DNA of 47,156 nt from Eubacteriales bacterium (GCA_045647025.1 JAZRLW010000110.1:1-47156), one strand, 5' to 3'. Positions 1-10,133 are shown, counted from the stretch's first letter. Notes: generated from the letters alone by a model not told the origin. Program-made: numbers and translations.

Positions 1-422
1 GCAAGACCAATCTGCTCAAAAACTCTGTTTGCGGACACCTTTTCCATACACAAGGCAGAAGAAAGGACTCCGCAGCCAACGTAGGGGATTTCCAGACACT
101 CAAGAAGGCCCTGAACGGTACCGTCTTCGCCATTCTTTCCGTGAAGAACAGGGAAAACAATATCCACACAAAGAGGTGTTCCGTCAGCTTCAAGACAACC
201 ATTTGCAAGATCGGCCTTAACCACTTTATTGGAAGCAGCGTTGACCCACTCGCCGCTCTTTATATCGGCAAGAGCTGCCTCCGTAAGAAACCATTTTCCG
301 TCCTCGGTAATACCTATTTTAATTACGTCGTAATCCTTTAAATTATCTATTACGTTGCAGGCAGAAGAGCACGAAACTTTATATTCGGTGGATTTTCCGC
401 CAAACAAAACTGCTATGGTCAT
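1..422 (-). CDS. ddl: D-alanine--D-alanine ligase, N-terminal part (rest of the gene lies outside the window)
   Basis: Own translation of the minus strand from the ATG at 422-420 gives [24 protein letters not shown]...[19 protein letters not shown], a typical Ddl N-terminus. SD GAAAGGA lies upstream. It is absent from the ORF track because it runs off the window edge. Confidence 0.8.
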   Translation of the reverse strand, partial: MTIAVLFGGKSTEYKVSCSSACNVIDNLKDYDVIKIGITEDGKWFLTEAALADIKSGEWVNAASNKVVKADLANGCLEADGTPLCVDIVFPVLHGKNGEDGTVQGLLECLEIPYVGCGVLSSALCMEKVSANRVFEQIGL

Positions 423-434
423 AGGGTTTTCCTT

Positions 435-1343
435 TCAATTTTGGTTTATGCCGTATACGACTCTGTCAACGCCGCTGTAATCAAGACAGACCGAGACATT
501 TTCGTATCCGTTTTCTCTCATTATATTCTTAATTGCTTGGGACTGTCCCTTTCCACATTCAAAGAAAAGATATCCTCCTCTTCGAAGAAGTTCTTTTCCC
601 AAAGGAATTATGCGGCGGTAAAAGTCAAGACCGTCTTCTCCTCCAAAAAGGGCGTTGTGAGGCTCACGAAGAACGTCTTTTGTAAGGTCTTCCCTTTCTT
701 CTTCTCTGATATAAGGGGGATTTGACAGGATGAAATCGTATTTTTTATCAGACAGACAAGCGAGAACCGTATCGTCAAAAACATCTCCGCAAACAAACTC
801 GGGGCGGTTTTTCTCATAAAACGGCTCTTCAGCAAGAAGTTTTTTGCAGTTTTTCTCAAAAACCTCTCCCGCACCTTGGGATATATCAAAGGCTGAAAGT
901 AAGACTTTACGGTTTAAAGCCGCCGTAATACCTATACAACCCGACCCTGAACATAAGTCAAGGACTCTGTCCCCGTCTTTAATGTACTCAAGAGCATTTT
1001 CCACAAGAACTTCCGTATCAAAACGGGGAATAAGGACTCTCTCGTCAACGTAAAAATCATATCCGAAGAAGGGTGCGATTCCCATTATATACTGGGGAGG
1101 CTCACCCAAAGCAAGACGGCTTATCCCCTCTTCAATAAGGCAAAGAGCGTCGGCTGTTGCTGCTATATTCTCATTTCCAAAAAAGGAAAAAGCGGAAGGG
1201 CGGCAACCAAGATAATATCCCGCAAGCTCTTTTAGTGAGGATTGAGCAAAGGGAACGGCTTCTTTTTCAAGAAAAGCCGTTGCCTCTTTAAACATATCCT
1301 TGCTAAAGCCCTTTTGTTTCTCTGTAAAGGTAAAGCTACTCAT
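435..1343 (-). CDS. prmC: Peptide chain release factor N5-glutamine methyltransferase (PrmC/HemK)
   Basis: SAM-binding motif DLCSGSGCIG and catalytic NPPY (SNPPYI). The ATG at 1343 overlaps the upstream TGA stop (ATGA), so I prefer it to the TTG at 1358. Confidence 0.85.
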   Translation of the reverse strand: MSSFTFTEKQKGFSKDMFKEATAFLEKEAVPFAQSSLKELAGYYLGCRPSAFSFFGNENIAATADALCLIEEGISRLALGEPPQYIMGIAPFFGYDFYVDERVLIPRFDTEVLVENALEYIKDGDRVLDLCSGSGCIGITAALNRKVLLSAFDISQGAGEVFEKNCKKLLAEEPFYEKNRPEFVCGDVFDDTVLACLSDKKYDFILSNPPYIREEEREDLTKDVLREPHNALFGGEDGLDFYRRIIPLGKELLRRGGYLFFECGKGQSQAIKNIMRENGYENVSVCLDYSGVDRVVYGINQN

Positions 1344-2275
1344 TTGGTATACGCGCAATCCTTGTCTATCACGCCGTCATCACCCATAAGGGACTGTGTA
1401 AGAGCAACAATCGCAACCTCTATCATCTCATCATCGGGCTCTGCAGTCGTCAGCTTCTGCATAGCCTTGCCGGGAGCACTTATAACGGTAGTGAACCAAT
1501 TGTCATGTCTGCCTGCGTATCTGATAAACTCAAAGCTTATACCCGCGACTACGGGAAGAAGGAGTATCTTGATAGCTACGCGAAGTATGGGATTGCTCCA
1601 TGTAATAAAGGAACCGAAAAGTATACTTATAATAAGAACGAGGAAAATGAATGATGTTCCGCATCTGGGATGAAGACGGCTAAAACGCCTTACGTTTTCA
1701 ACGGTAAGCTCCTCGTTTGCCTCAAAACAGAATATTGCCTTATGCTCTGCACCATGATACTGGAAAAGGCGTTTGATATCCTTCATTTTAGATACCAGTG
1801 CAACGTACGCAATAAAGAGACCTATTCGAATAAGGCCCTCGACGAGGGAGCGAAAAATGCCCAGCTCAAGACCAAGCTTTTCGGTAAGAAGCCAAACCAC
1901 GGCCGTAGGAAGAACCATAAAAAGTCCCATAGCGATAACAACGCCCAAGACCATAGAAATGGCCATAACCAGACCTTCCAAAAACTTATTGCCCTTGGTT
2001 TCCTCTTCAAGTCCGGCCAAAGAAGCAGACCTAGTAAGAGCTCCGTATCCTGTAAGCAGACTGGTAACGAAAGACACGCATCCTCTTATAATGGGAAGCT
2101 TAAAAAACTTATATTTATTTACGGCGTAATCCGCCTTTATATCCTCGGTAACGATACCGCCATCGGGCTGCCTTACGGCAAGAACACATCTTTTGGGAGA
2201 GCGCATCATTATGCCCTCCATAACCGCCTGCCCGCCTACGCTGGCATAACAGACCTTCTTTTTATCTTTACTCAT
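1340..2275 (-). CDS. DUF1385 (YqhQ-like) membrane protein
   Basis: MEGIMMRSP and HGAEHK motifs plus several TM segments typical of DUF1385. The ATG at 2275 has SD AAAGGA; the TTG at 2290 is less likely. Confidence 0.75.
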   Translation of the reverse strand: MSKDKKKVCYASVGGQAVMEGIMMRSPKRCVLAVRQPDGGIVTEDIKADYAVNKYKFFKLPIIRGCVSFVTSLLTGYGALTRSASLAGLEEETKGNKFLEGLVMAISMVLGVVIAMGLFMVLPTAVVWLLTEKLGLELGIFRSLVEGLIRIGLFIAYVALVSKMKDIKRLFQYHGAEHKAIFCFEANEELTVENVRRFSRLHPRCGTSFIFLVLIISILFGSFITWSNPILRVAIKILLLPVVAGISFEFIRYAGRHDNWFTTVISAPGKAMQKLTTAEPDDEMIEVAIVALTQSLMGDDGVIDKDCAYTK

Positions 2276-2286
2276 TCTTTTTCCTT

Positions 2287-3747
2287 TCAATCCTGGTATG
2301 TAACGTGAAGTGCTTCGGGATGCTTTAAGTTCCTTTTTGCCAGATTCTTTGGCAATTTCTCGGGGAAAGAAATAACAACCGTGGTGCCTTTTCCTTCCTT
2401 ACTGTATATGTCCAGATATCCTCCGTGGAGGTTTATAATACTGTCGCTTATAGCCAAGCCTAATCCCGAACCGGGAACGTTTGACCTTCCCTTATAGAAA
2501 CGGGTCTTGATATAGGGCAGGTCCTCTTCTCTGATACCCTCGCCTTTATCGGCGACGGTCAAGGCGTATCCACCTTCTATTCTTTCAGCAAAAACGTTTA
2601 TTTCAGAGTTATCGTAGGAGTGCTTTATAGCGTTATCCACAACGTTGACGAATACCTGTTTTATTCTTGCATCGTCGCCTTCGCAGGGCATCTGTCCCGA
2701 CTGCCCATGGTATATGAGCTTAATGCCTCTTTTTGCTGCTTTTTCCTTAAAGACCAGCACCGTTTCAGCCATAAGCTCGGACACGTCCACGTTCTTTATG
2801 GAAAGAGTAACCTTACCGCTCTGTATTTTTGAATAATCAAGAAGCTCTTCCACCATATTGGAAAGTCTATCAGCCTCGGAAGCAATAACACCCAATCCCA
2901 TTTTTATGGTTTCGTTATCCTCCTGGGGGTCGCAGGACATAAGGGTCTCGTTCCAGCCTTTAATGGCGGTAAGAGGTGTTCGAAGCTCGTGAGAAACGGA
3001 CGAAATAAAGTCGTTCTTCATTTGATCGATCTTTGAAAGGTCGGCGGCCATATTATTGATACTGTCTGTCAGTTCACCGATTTCGTCGTCGTGCTTTTTC
3101 TCTATTCTGGCGGTAAAATCGCCCTTTGAAATAGTTTTTGCCGTAGCTGCAATCTGTCGGATGGGATTAACTATGGACTTTATAAAATAAGTTCCGGAAA
3201 GGGCCATTACGCCTATCATTAAAGCACCGAGGACAAGGGCCACAGCCATAAATACTGCCTTCTGAACGTTCACTTGAGTAAGAGATGACGCGAGTCTTAC
3301 ACTACCCAGTATATTCCCAAGCCCATCCTCAAGAGGGGCGGTATAAACCACAAGACTTTCACCTGTGGCAATATCTCTTATTCTGTCTATAACAGGAACG
3401 GAGGTGAGGTATACCTCTTCTCCCGAATAATATCCTGCCGTAGAGGCCACCATATGGCCATCGGTAGCAAATATCTGAACCTTAAGATTTTCATAATCTA
3501 CGGCAATGGAAAGAACATCCTTTGCCGTAATGCCGAAGTCGTAGTTGTTTTCTTTTATGTATTCTGAAAAATACTTCTGTATAAGGGACCCTTGGCTCTG
3601 AAGATAATTGTCAACGGAAGAGTCTATACTGTTGCCCGAAAGAGCGATTACCGCAACCTCAACTATAACCAAGGCAATAATGATAATGGACAGGATATTG
3701 GTGATCCATCTGCCCGTTATTGAGTTCATCTTCATTGCTATACGCAC
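2287..3747 (-). CDS. Sensor histidine kinase (2 TM, about 130-aa extracytoplasmic loop, HAMP, HisKA, HATPase_c)
   Basis: H-box SHELRTPLTAIKG, N-box NVVDNAIKHS, G-boxes DKGEGI and GSGLGLAI. GTG start preceded by GGAAGGAAGGTG. Confidence 0.85.
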   Translation of the reverse strand: MRIAMKMNSITGRWITNILSIIIIALVIVEVAVIALSGNSIDSSVDNYLQSQGSLIQKYFSEYIKENNYDFGITAKDVLSIAVDYENLKVQIFATDGHMVASTAGYYSGEEVYLTSVPVIDRIRDIATGESLVVYTAPLEDGLGNILGSVRLASSLTQVNVQKAVFMAVALVLGALMIGVMALSGTYFIKSIVNPIRQIAATAKTISKGDFTARIEKKHDDEIGELTDSINNMAADLSKIDQMKNDFISSVSHELRTPLTAIKGWNETLMSCDPQEDNETIKMGLGVIASEADRLSNMVEELLDYSKIQSGKVTLSIKNVDVSELMAETVLVFKEKAAKRGIKLIYHGQSGQMPCEGDDARIKQVFVNVVDNAIKHSYDNSEINVFAERIEGGYALTVADKGEGIREEDLPYIKTRFYKGRSNVPGSGLGLAISDSIINLHGGYLDIYSKEGKGTTVVISFPEKLPKNLAKRNLKHPEALHVTYQD

Positions 3748-3783
3748 AGGGATTCACCTTCCTTCCAAACACTGAAATTCTCT

Positions 3784-4515
3784 TTATTCTTCGCCGTTAC
3801 TCCATCTGTAACCGTAATTCCACTCGGTCTTTATATATTTGGGAGCCTTTGCGGATTCTTCTATCTTTACTCGCAAACGTCGGATATTTACGTTTACTAT
3901 ATCGGGGTCGCCGTAGAAATCCTCTCCCCAGACGCCCTGCAATATTTCTTCTCTTGTAAGAGGAGTATCGGGATGTTCAAGGAAGAACTTAAGGATGTTA
4001 ACCTCTGTGGGAGTAAGATCAAGAGGCTTTCCGTTTTTGTAAAAGCTGTTTGTTCTGGTATCACGAGAGAATGGTGAGCCCTCATAGTAATAAATGGCAG
4101 AACTCTTCTTAGGAGCCTCTGCCTGTCCTCTCGACGAGGAAGCGACAGACTCTACTCTTCTGCAAAGGGCATCTGCTTTTGCTATAAGGATAGCGGGAGA
4201 AAAGGGCTTTTTGACGTAGTCGTCTGCACCAGAGCCGTAGCCCGAAAGCATATCCTCATCAAGGTCCTTTGCCGAAAGCATGATTATACCCATATTGCGG
4301 TTCTTTTCTCTAAGGCGTCTGCACACCTGAAAGCCGTCTATATCGGGGAGCATAATATCAAGTATAGCAAGGATTATATCGGGGTTTTCCTCAAACACTT
4401 TAAGAGCCGCACGTCCGCAGTCAGCCTCGTGGACCGTATATCCTGCTCTTTTAAAGTTAATGACCAAAAGATCTCTTATGGATTTTTCGTCGTCCATTAT
4501 AAGAACGTTTTTCAT
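3784..4515 (-). CDS. OmpR-family response regulator with a long receiver-to-DNA-binding linker
   Basis: Receiver motifs (MDDE..., ILDIMLPDIDG, KKPF) and a C-terminal winged helix (LTPTEVNILKFF...YIKTEWNYGYRW). Confidence 0.9.
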   Translation of the reverse strand: MKNVLIMDDEKSIRDLLVINFKRAGYTVHEADCGRAALKVFEENPDIILAILDIMLPDIDGFQVCRRLREKNRNMGIIMLSAKDLDEDMLSGYGSGADDYVKKPFSPAILIAKADALCRRVESVASSSRGQAEAPKKSSAIYYYEGSPFSRDTRTNSFYKNGKPLDLTPTEVNILKFFLEHPDTPLTREEILQGVWGEDFYGDPDIVNVNIRRLRVKIEESAKAPKYIKTEWNYGYRWSNGEE

Positions 4516-4532
4516 TTGTGCTTAGTCCTTTC

Positions 4533-5921
4533 TTAGGATGCGGTTATTATGCCGGTAACGGTAATGCTGTCTTTAAGCTCACCCAGGGGTATAAGCTTCT
4601 GATATGCCTCTGCGGATATCTGGGGATTAACAATGTAGCTCAGATAGGTATCAGTATTGCTTATATGTAAAAGCTGAGTGTTTTTATCTGCAGGAGCGGA
4701 AGAAGATGCCACAACGGAGAAAAGAAGCTCTTTTTGCCCGTTTTCCGCTATGTAGTAGAAAAGCATATTATCGGAGCTATCCAGATATACAGCTATATCC
4801 GTATAATAAGAGGGATTTTTAATGGCTATATAATAACCTAAATCCGTATTCAAATAGCAAGAAAAATCGTATACCGAGGTGTTTTCTTCCACATAGTACC
4901 AGGAGCAGGTGTACTGGAGCATTTCCTTGCTCTGGGAACTTACGGCGCTCTTTATATCTGCAGATATCTTGCTCTCGTCTGTCACGTCGCTTACGGGATA
5001 TTCCACAACGCCGTCGCCGTCTATATCCTGGGCTATGGCATTTCCGTAATAAAGGAACTTATCAACTATACCGTAGGATTTATCAATGGACAAATTTACG
5101 GGAACAAGAGCGTCGCCGCTCCAAACCAGTATCTCCGTGCTTTTAAGCATCGACCCCTGCTTTGAAGTAATATACACTGCAGAAGATCCATCTGCGGTTT
5201 CACCTCGTTCGATTCGGTAGCAGGTATCGGTATTTGCCAGATAGGCGCTTCCAGAAAGAGCTCTAAATGTCTGTAGATTGAAATCATATACAAGGCAGTT
5301 TGCGGTAGAGCGAATAGCGGATATACTGGTGTAAGTAATATTGAGTATCTCATTTACGCCGTCGTTATTAAAGTCAGAACACAGGAAATCGTGATAGTCT
5401 GCCATATGTCCGGGCATATATCCCCCCATTTGCTGATTGTAATAAATCAGGGTCATCGTGGAGGGGTAATATTCCGTGAGAGCGCTGTATCCTATGACTA
5501 TTTCCTCAATGCCGTCCCCGGTCATATCTCCGAATTCTATCTTATCTATGCTGTCGGATAGACCGTTGACCACACCCATTAAGGCAAAGTCGCCATTCTT
5601 CTCTTCACGAAGAATAAGTGTCTTTACAGTTTTTGCGGAAGCTACCAAAGGAATGTAACTTACTATGGCCTCGGCACTTTCATCTCCGTCCAAATCTCTG
5701 AAAAGTATAGGATTGAGGTAGCTACCGCGAGAGGCATAGGCCAAGGAATAGTTGTTATTTGAGTATTCTTCAACGAATTTATATACCGCAGATTCTCGGT
5801 CGGAACGCTCAGGATAGCGGAGATTTATATCCCCCGAACCCGAAAACGAGCATCCGTAAAGGAAAAAGAGGCAGAGTAACCCGGCAAGCAACAACAGTGT
5901 CGCTTTCTTGTAATTAACCAT
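4533..5921 (-). CDS. Lipoprotein with four FG-GAP/VCBS-like DxDxDG repeats
   Basis: Signal peptide with lipobox LYGC. Repeats DLDGDESAEAIV, GDMTGDGIEEIVIG, FNNDGVNEIL and DIDGDGVVEY. SD GGAGGTGGAG. Confidence 0.6.
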   Translation of the reverse strand: MVNYKKATLLLLAGLLCLFFLYGCSFSGSGDINLRYPERSDRESAVYKFVEEYSNNNYSLAYASRGSYLNPILFRDLDGDESAEAIVSYIPLVASAKTVKTLILREEKNGDFALMGVVNGLSDSIDKIEFGDMTGDGIEEIVIGYSALTEYYPSTMTLIYYNQQMGGYMPGHMADYHDFLCSDFNNDGVNEILNITYTSISAIRSTANCLVYDFNLQTFRALSGSAYLANTDTCYRIERGETADGSSAVYITSKQGSMLKSTEILVWSGDALVPVNLSIDKSYGIVDKFLYYGNAIAQDIDGDGVVEYPVSDVTDESKISADIKSAVSSQSKEMLQYTCSWYYVEENTSVYDFSCYLNTDLGYYIAIKNPSYYTDIAVYLDSSDNMLFYYIAENGQKELLFSVVASSSAPADKNTQLLHISNTDTYLSYIVNPQISAEAYQKLIPLGELKDSITVTGIITAS

Positions 5922-5968
5922 TTACTCCACCTCCGAAAGATCAATATTTAATTTTAGGCAGAAACGAC

Positions 5969-7621
5969 TTAAGCGTTTTCTGCAGAGATCACATAATAAT
6001 ATACGGGCTGTCCACCGTTGACAACGGTGATTTCGGCAGAATCGCCGATAACGGACTGAAGAACTTCTGCAGCAGCATTTGCCTCATTTTCATCAATACC
6101 CTCGCCGTAGAAAAGGGTGATGTAGTCTTTATCCTTAATATCCTCGGCTATCTGGGCAAGGCAATCTTCGCGGGAATCGCAAACGTACTTAACGTCGTTT
6201 TCAACAAGACCGAGAATCTGTCCTTCTTTGATCTCCTTGCCGTCAAAGGAGCTGTCTCTTGCAGCAAAGGTAAGCTTTGCGGTAGTAACCTTCTTCATTG
6301 CTTCCTTCATAGCTGCAGTATTGTCAGCCTCTTCGGCATCGAAGTCAAAGGCAAGCATAGCGCTGATACCCTGGGGAATGGTGTGGGTCTTAAGAACAAC
6401 GACCTTCTTATCGGTAACTATATCCTCAGCCTGCTTTGCAGCCATATAGATATTCTTGTTATTGGGAAGAACGTAAACTATCTCAGCAGGGGTTCTGTTA
6501 ATAGCACAGATAATATCCTCGGTAGAGGGGTTCATTGTCTGACCGCCTTCAACCATGCTGTCAACACCAAGGTCGTTAAAGACGGCAACCATACCCTCGC
6601 CTGCAGCTACGGATACAAAACCGTATTTCTTTTCGGGAGGCAGGGGTGCCTCTTCCTGTGCCTGCGCTTCTTCCTGCTTTATGGTCATTTCGGAATGCTG
6701 ATTTCTCATATTCTCAATTTTAACCATTGCAAGAGAACCACACTTAAGGGCCTGAGTAAGGACCTTGCCGGGAACGTTTGTATGAACGTGGAACTTAACG
6801 AAGGTATCGTCGTCAACGAATACAACGCTATCGCCCACGCCGTCTATATAGGAGTGAAGTCCCGCTATCTTTTCGTCAGTACAAGAGTCATCCTTGTCAA
6901 CGATACATTCGGTGCAGTATGCGAATCTTATATCTCCGGTGGAAACATTGCTAAAATCAGCAGAAGAATTGGTACCTGCAGATACGGGAGAAACGGCCTT
7001 AGCCATACCCTCACCCTTGGCAACCATAGTCATACCCTCAAAAATAACAGTAAAGCCCATACCGCCGGCATCTACAACGTTTGCCTGCTTGAGAACGGGA
7101 AGCATTTCGGGAGTCTTGGAAAGAATATCGTGACACTCGTCAAGAAGTGCTCCGAAGAAGCCTGCAACGTCGTCGGTCTCATCATACTGGGGAGCTATCT
7201 GAGCAGCCTTTTCTGCCATAACTCTCATAACGGTGAGCACAGTACCCTCGGTGGGGTGTCTTACCGCTTTATAGGCAGCTTCTACACCGCCTGCGAATGC
7301 TAAAGCAACGGTCTGAAGGTCAGCCTCGTCCTTTCCTGCAAGAACCTTGGAAAAGCCCCTGAAGAAAAGAGAAAGAATAACGCCGGAATTTCCTCTGCCG
7401 CCACGGAGAAGAGCTGCGGCTACCTTTGCGGAACACTCGGAAAGGTTACCGGAGAAGCCCTCCATCTCACGTCTGCCGGCAGACATGGTAAGACTCATGT
7501 TTATACCCGTATCACCGTCGGGAACGGGGAATATGTTAAGACTGTTTATTTCTTCTTTTTTACTTTCAAGTAAATTTGCAGCGGAAATAACCATTTCCCT
7601 GTAGATTTTACCGTTTACCAT
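5969..7621 (-). CDS. yloV: DAK2-domain fusion protein YloV
   Basis: DAK2 motif PDGDTGINM, a size of 550 aa and the position directly downstream of asp23. Confidence 0.85.
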   Translation of the reverse strand: MVNGKIYREMVISAANLLESKKEEINSLNIFPVPDGDTGINMSLTMSAGRREMEGFSGNLSECSAKVAAALLRGGRGNSGVILSLFFRGFSKVLAGKDEADLQTVALAFAGGVEAAYKAVRHPTEGTVLTVMRVMAEKAAQIAPQYDETDDVAGFFGALLDECHDILSKTPEMLPVLKQANVVDAGGMGFTVIFEGMTMVAKGEGMAKAVSPVSAGTNSSADFSNVSTGDIRFAYCTECIVDKDDSCTDEKIAGLHSYIDGVGDSVVFVDDDTFVKFHVHTNVPGKVLTQALKCGSLAMVKIENMRNQHSEMTIKQEEAQAQEEAPLPPEKKYGFVSVAAGEGMVAVFNDLGVDSMVEGGQTMNPSTEDIICAINRTPAEIVYVLPNNKNIYMAAKQAEDIVTDKKVVVLKTHTIPQGISAMLAFDFDAEEADNTAAMKEAMKKVTTAKLTFAARDSSFDGKEIKEGQILGLVENDVKYVCDSREDCLAQIAEDIKDKDYITLFYGEGIDENEANAAAEVLQSVIGDSAEITVVNGGQPVYYYVISAENA

Positions 7622-7633
7622 TGATCTGTCTCC

Positions 7634-7984
7634 TTATTTTGTATTAACCTTATCAACGTAAACGTTTACGCTTTTAACGTTGAAACCCGTCATATCCTCT
7701 ACCGTATAAGCAACCTTGTGAATGATGCTGTCGGTAATAGCGGGGATGTTTATTCCGTATACGACCATGATGTGAAGGTCAATTGTTATCTCGTTATTCT
7801 CGCAACGGACGTGGATGCCCTTGTCGTTTGAATCCTTCTTAAAAAGACTCCAGAATTCCTCCGTAGCGTTTTTCGACTCCATGCCTGCGATGCCGAAACA
7901 TTTGCTGGCAACGATAGAAGTTATGCTGGTGATTACCTCTTCGTCAATAGAAACTGTACCGTTTTTGTTGTTTTTTATCAGCAT
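7634..7984 (-). CDS. Asp23/Gls24-family alkaline shock protein (YloU-like)
   Basis: MLIKNNKNGTVSIDEEVITSIT... is typical of Asp23. The ATG at 7984 has SD GGAG. The longer ORF starting at 8122 would begin upstream of the predicted promoter. Confidence 0.8.
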   Translation of the reverse strand: MLIKNNKNGTVSIDEEVITSITSIVASKCFGIAGMESKNATEEFWSLFKKDSNDKGIHVRCENNEITIDLHIMVVYGINIPAITDSIIHKVAYTVEDMTGFNVKSVNVYVDKVNTK

Positions 7985-8053
7985 GGTCAATCTCCATTCT
8001 ATAAAATATATTTTATGGCTTGTATTATTTATGGTACGCAAATACCATTCTTT

Positions 8054-8082
8054 ATTATACAGTAAGCGGACTCTCAATTCAA
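8054..8082 (-). promoter_or_regulatory. Sigma-A-type promoter for asp23-yloV
   Basis: Minus strand reads TTGAAT (8082-8077), 17-nt spacer, TATAAT (8059-8054). Confidence 0.5.
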
Positions 8083-8271
8083 TGTTATTTCTTTGATATT
8101 TTAACGAACTTTGCATAAACAATGCCTAAAACAGGCATTTTTATGGTTTTTATACTAAAAATTGCCCCGCTCTACCCCGTACATTATATTATACCATATA
8201 ATAACGTTTATGTCAAGTCATGCCTCACTTTGGGAAAAAGGTCAAAGTTTCCAAAATATCAAATTAGCCAC

Positions 8272-8300
8272 TTGACAAAGACCGCCGTATATAGTATAAT
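8272..8300 (+). promoter_or_regulatory. Consensus sigma-A promoter for rny
   Basis: TTGACA (8272-8277), 17-nt spacer, TATAAT (8295-8300). It implies a 5' UTR of about 195 nt. Confidence 0.6.
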
Positions 8301-8501
8301 AATATACGTGATAAAATACCTTTGGTATTGTCCTTAATATATTTTCGCAACTGCACCGATTTTAAGCTGTTAGCAGAGAACGGATGCTTTACATAAAAAT
8401 ATACTCGTGTTTAACTTGGTATCGATATTGTTTTTAGGTGACCGTATATAAGGGCCGTCCGGGATTTTATCTTAATTATATAGATTGGAGGTACTCACCG
8501 G

Positions 8502-10055
8502 ATGGGTACTATAGGCACGATCGTACTGGCCGCCGTAGTAGGCGTTGTATGCGTCTTCGTCGGCTTTGCACTGGGAATCCTTTGGCGCAAAAAGGTTGCC
8601 GAAGCAACCATAGGCTCTGCAGAAGAAAAGGCAAGAAACATTGTTAACGAGGCCATTAAAACGGCTGAAACCAAGCAGAAAGAAGCCTTACTTGAAGCTA
8701 AAGAAGAAATTCACAGAAACAGAACCGAAGCAGAAAAAGAAATACGCGACAGAAGAAATGAAGTCCAGCGTATGGAAAAGCGCATCATTCAAAAAGAAGA
8801 AGTTTTAGACAAAAGAGCAGAGGCTTTTGAGCAGAAAGAACTCAATCTTGCAAAGAAGCTGGCAGAAACCGAAAAGAAGAGTCTTGAAATTGACGAAATC
8901 AAGGTTCAGCAGCTTGCAGCTCTTGAACAGATCAGCGGCTTGACCGTAGAAAAGGCAAGAGAATACATTCTTGCAAATCTGGAAAGCGAGTTGGCTCACG
9001 AAAAAGCCCTTTACATTAAGGAAGCTGAACAGAGAGCAAAGGAAGAAGCAGAGGACAAAGCAAAGCACGTTCTCACCCTTGCTATTCAGAAATGCGCTTC
9101 CGACCACGTTTCCCAGGCTACCGTATCGGTAGTAGCGCTTCCCAACGACGAAATGAAGGGAAGAATTATCGGCCGTGAAGGCAGAAACATCAAGGCCCTC
9201 GAAAACCTCACGGGCGTTGACGTAATCATTGACGATACTCCCGAAACCATCACCCTTTCAAGCTTTGATATCGCCAGAAGAGAGGTTGCAAGAATCGCTC
9301 TTGAAAACCTTATTCAGGACGGTAGAATCCATCCCACCAGAGTTGGTGATATGGTTGAAAAGGCTCGCAAAGAAGTTGACAGCACCATCAGAAAAGAAGG
9401 CGAAAGAGCCATATTCGAGACGGGCATCCATGGTATTCATCCCGAACTTATCAAGCTCCTTGGCCGTCTCCATTACAGAACGTCCTACGGACAGAACGTT
9501 CTCAACCACGCCATCGAGGTTTCCCACATTGCGGGACTTTTGGCTGGAGAACTTAAGATTGACGTTAATTCGGCAAAGAGAGCCGGTCTTCTCCACGATA
9601 TAGGTAAGGCTCTTGACCAGAACACCGAAGGTTCTCATATTTCCATAGGTGTAGAACTGGCCCGTAAATATAAAGAGAGCGAAAAGATCGTTCACGCTAT
9701 CGAAGCTCACCACGGTGACGTAGAGGCAAAGACCCTGCTGGCAGCCATTATTCAGGCAGCCGACGCTATCTCCGCAGCCCGTCCCGGTGCAAGAAGAGAG
9801 GATATAGAGAACTATATCAAGCGTCTTGAAAAGCTTGAAGGAATCGCAAACGATTTCGGCGGCGTTGAAAGATCCTTCGCAATCCAGGCAGGCCGTGAAA
9901 TCAGAGTTATGGTCCGTCCCGAAGAGATATCCGACGATGCAATGGTTATTCTTGCCCGCGATATTGCAAACAGAATTGAAAACGAGCTTGAATATCCCGG
10001 CCAGATCAAGATAAACGTTATAAGAGAAAGCAAAGCTGTCGAATACGCAAAATAA
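8502..10055 (+). CDS. rny: Ribonuclease Y
   Basis: N-terminal TM helix, coiled coil, KH domain ([15 protein letters not shown]) and HD domain (LLHDIGKA). Confidence 0.95.
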   Translation: MGTIGTIVLAAVVGVVCVFVGFALGILWRKKVAEATIGSAEEKARNIVNEAIKTAETKQKEALLEAKEEIHRNRTEAEKEIRDRRNEVQRMEKRIIQKEEVLDKRAEAFEQKELNLAKKLAETEKKSLEIDEIKVQQLAALEQISGLTVEKAREYILANLESELAHEKALYIKEAEQRAKEEAEDKAKHVLTLAIQKCASDHVSQATVSVVALPNDEMKGRIIGREGRNIKALENLTGVDVIIDDTPETITLSSFDIARREVARIALENLIQDGRIHPTRVGDMVEKARKEVDSTIRKEGERAIFETGIHGIHPELIKLLGRLHYRTSYGQNVLNHAIEVSHIAGLLAGELKIDVNSAKRAGLLHDIGKALDQNTEGSHISIGVELARKYKESEKIVHAIEAHHGDVEAKTLLAAIIQAADAISAARPGARREDIENYIKRLEKLEGIANDFGGVERSFAIQAGREIRVMVRPEEISDDAMVILARDIANRIENELEYPGQIKINVIRESKAVEYAK

Positions 10056-10072
10056 GTATTGATGGCATAATG

Positions 10073-10109
10073 GGTAGACTGCCATCTAAAGATGTCAGTC
10101 TGCCTTTTT
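10073..10109 (+). terminator. Intrinsic terminator after rny
   Basis: About 13-bp imperfect hairpin (10073-10104; core AGACTG/CAGTCT) followed by T5. Only 24 nt separate it from the hflK start. Confidence 0.7.
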
Positions 10110-10133
10110 ATATACCACAAAAAGGAGAAATAT

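Noticed and set aside
29-341. Plus-strand ORFs 29-220 and 141-341 at the left edge of the window.
   Set aside because: The minus strand here encodes an unmistakable Ddl N-terminus with an SD and an ATG at 422. The plus-strand ORFs are overlapping shadow frames.
5957-5982. A 9-bp hairpin overlapping the yloV stop codon, considered as a terminator.
   Set aside because: No U-tract follows on the coding (minus) strand, and the next gene starts 47 nt away with its own SD. It is more likely an incidental or mRNA-stability structure, so I did not call it.
7985-8122. N-terminal extensions proposed by the ORF track for asp23 (to 8122), the ParB-like gene (to 21368), the permease (to 24668), hflK (from 10092), the last membrane protein (from 46456), DUF1385 (to 2290) and prmC (to 1358).
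   Set aside because: In each case an internal ATG has a properly spaced SD or an ATGA/TAATG coupling. The extension would either start upstream of the predicted promoter, lie inside a terminator hairpin, or use a non-ATG codon without an SD.
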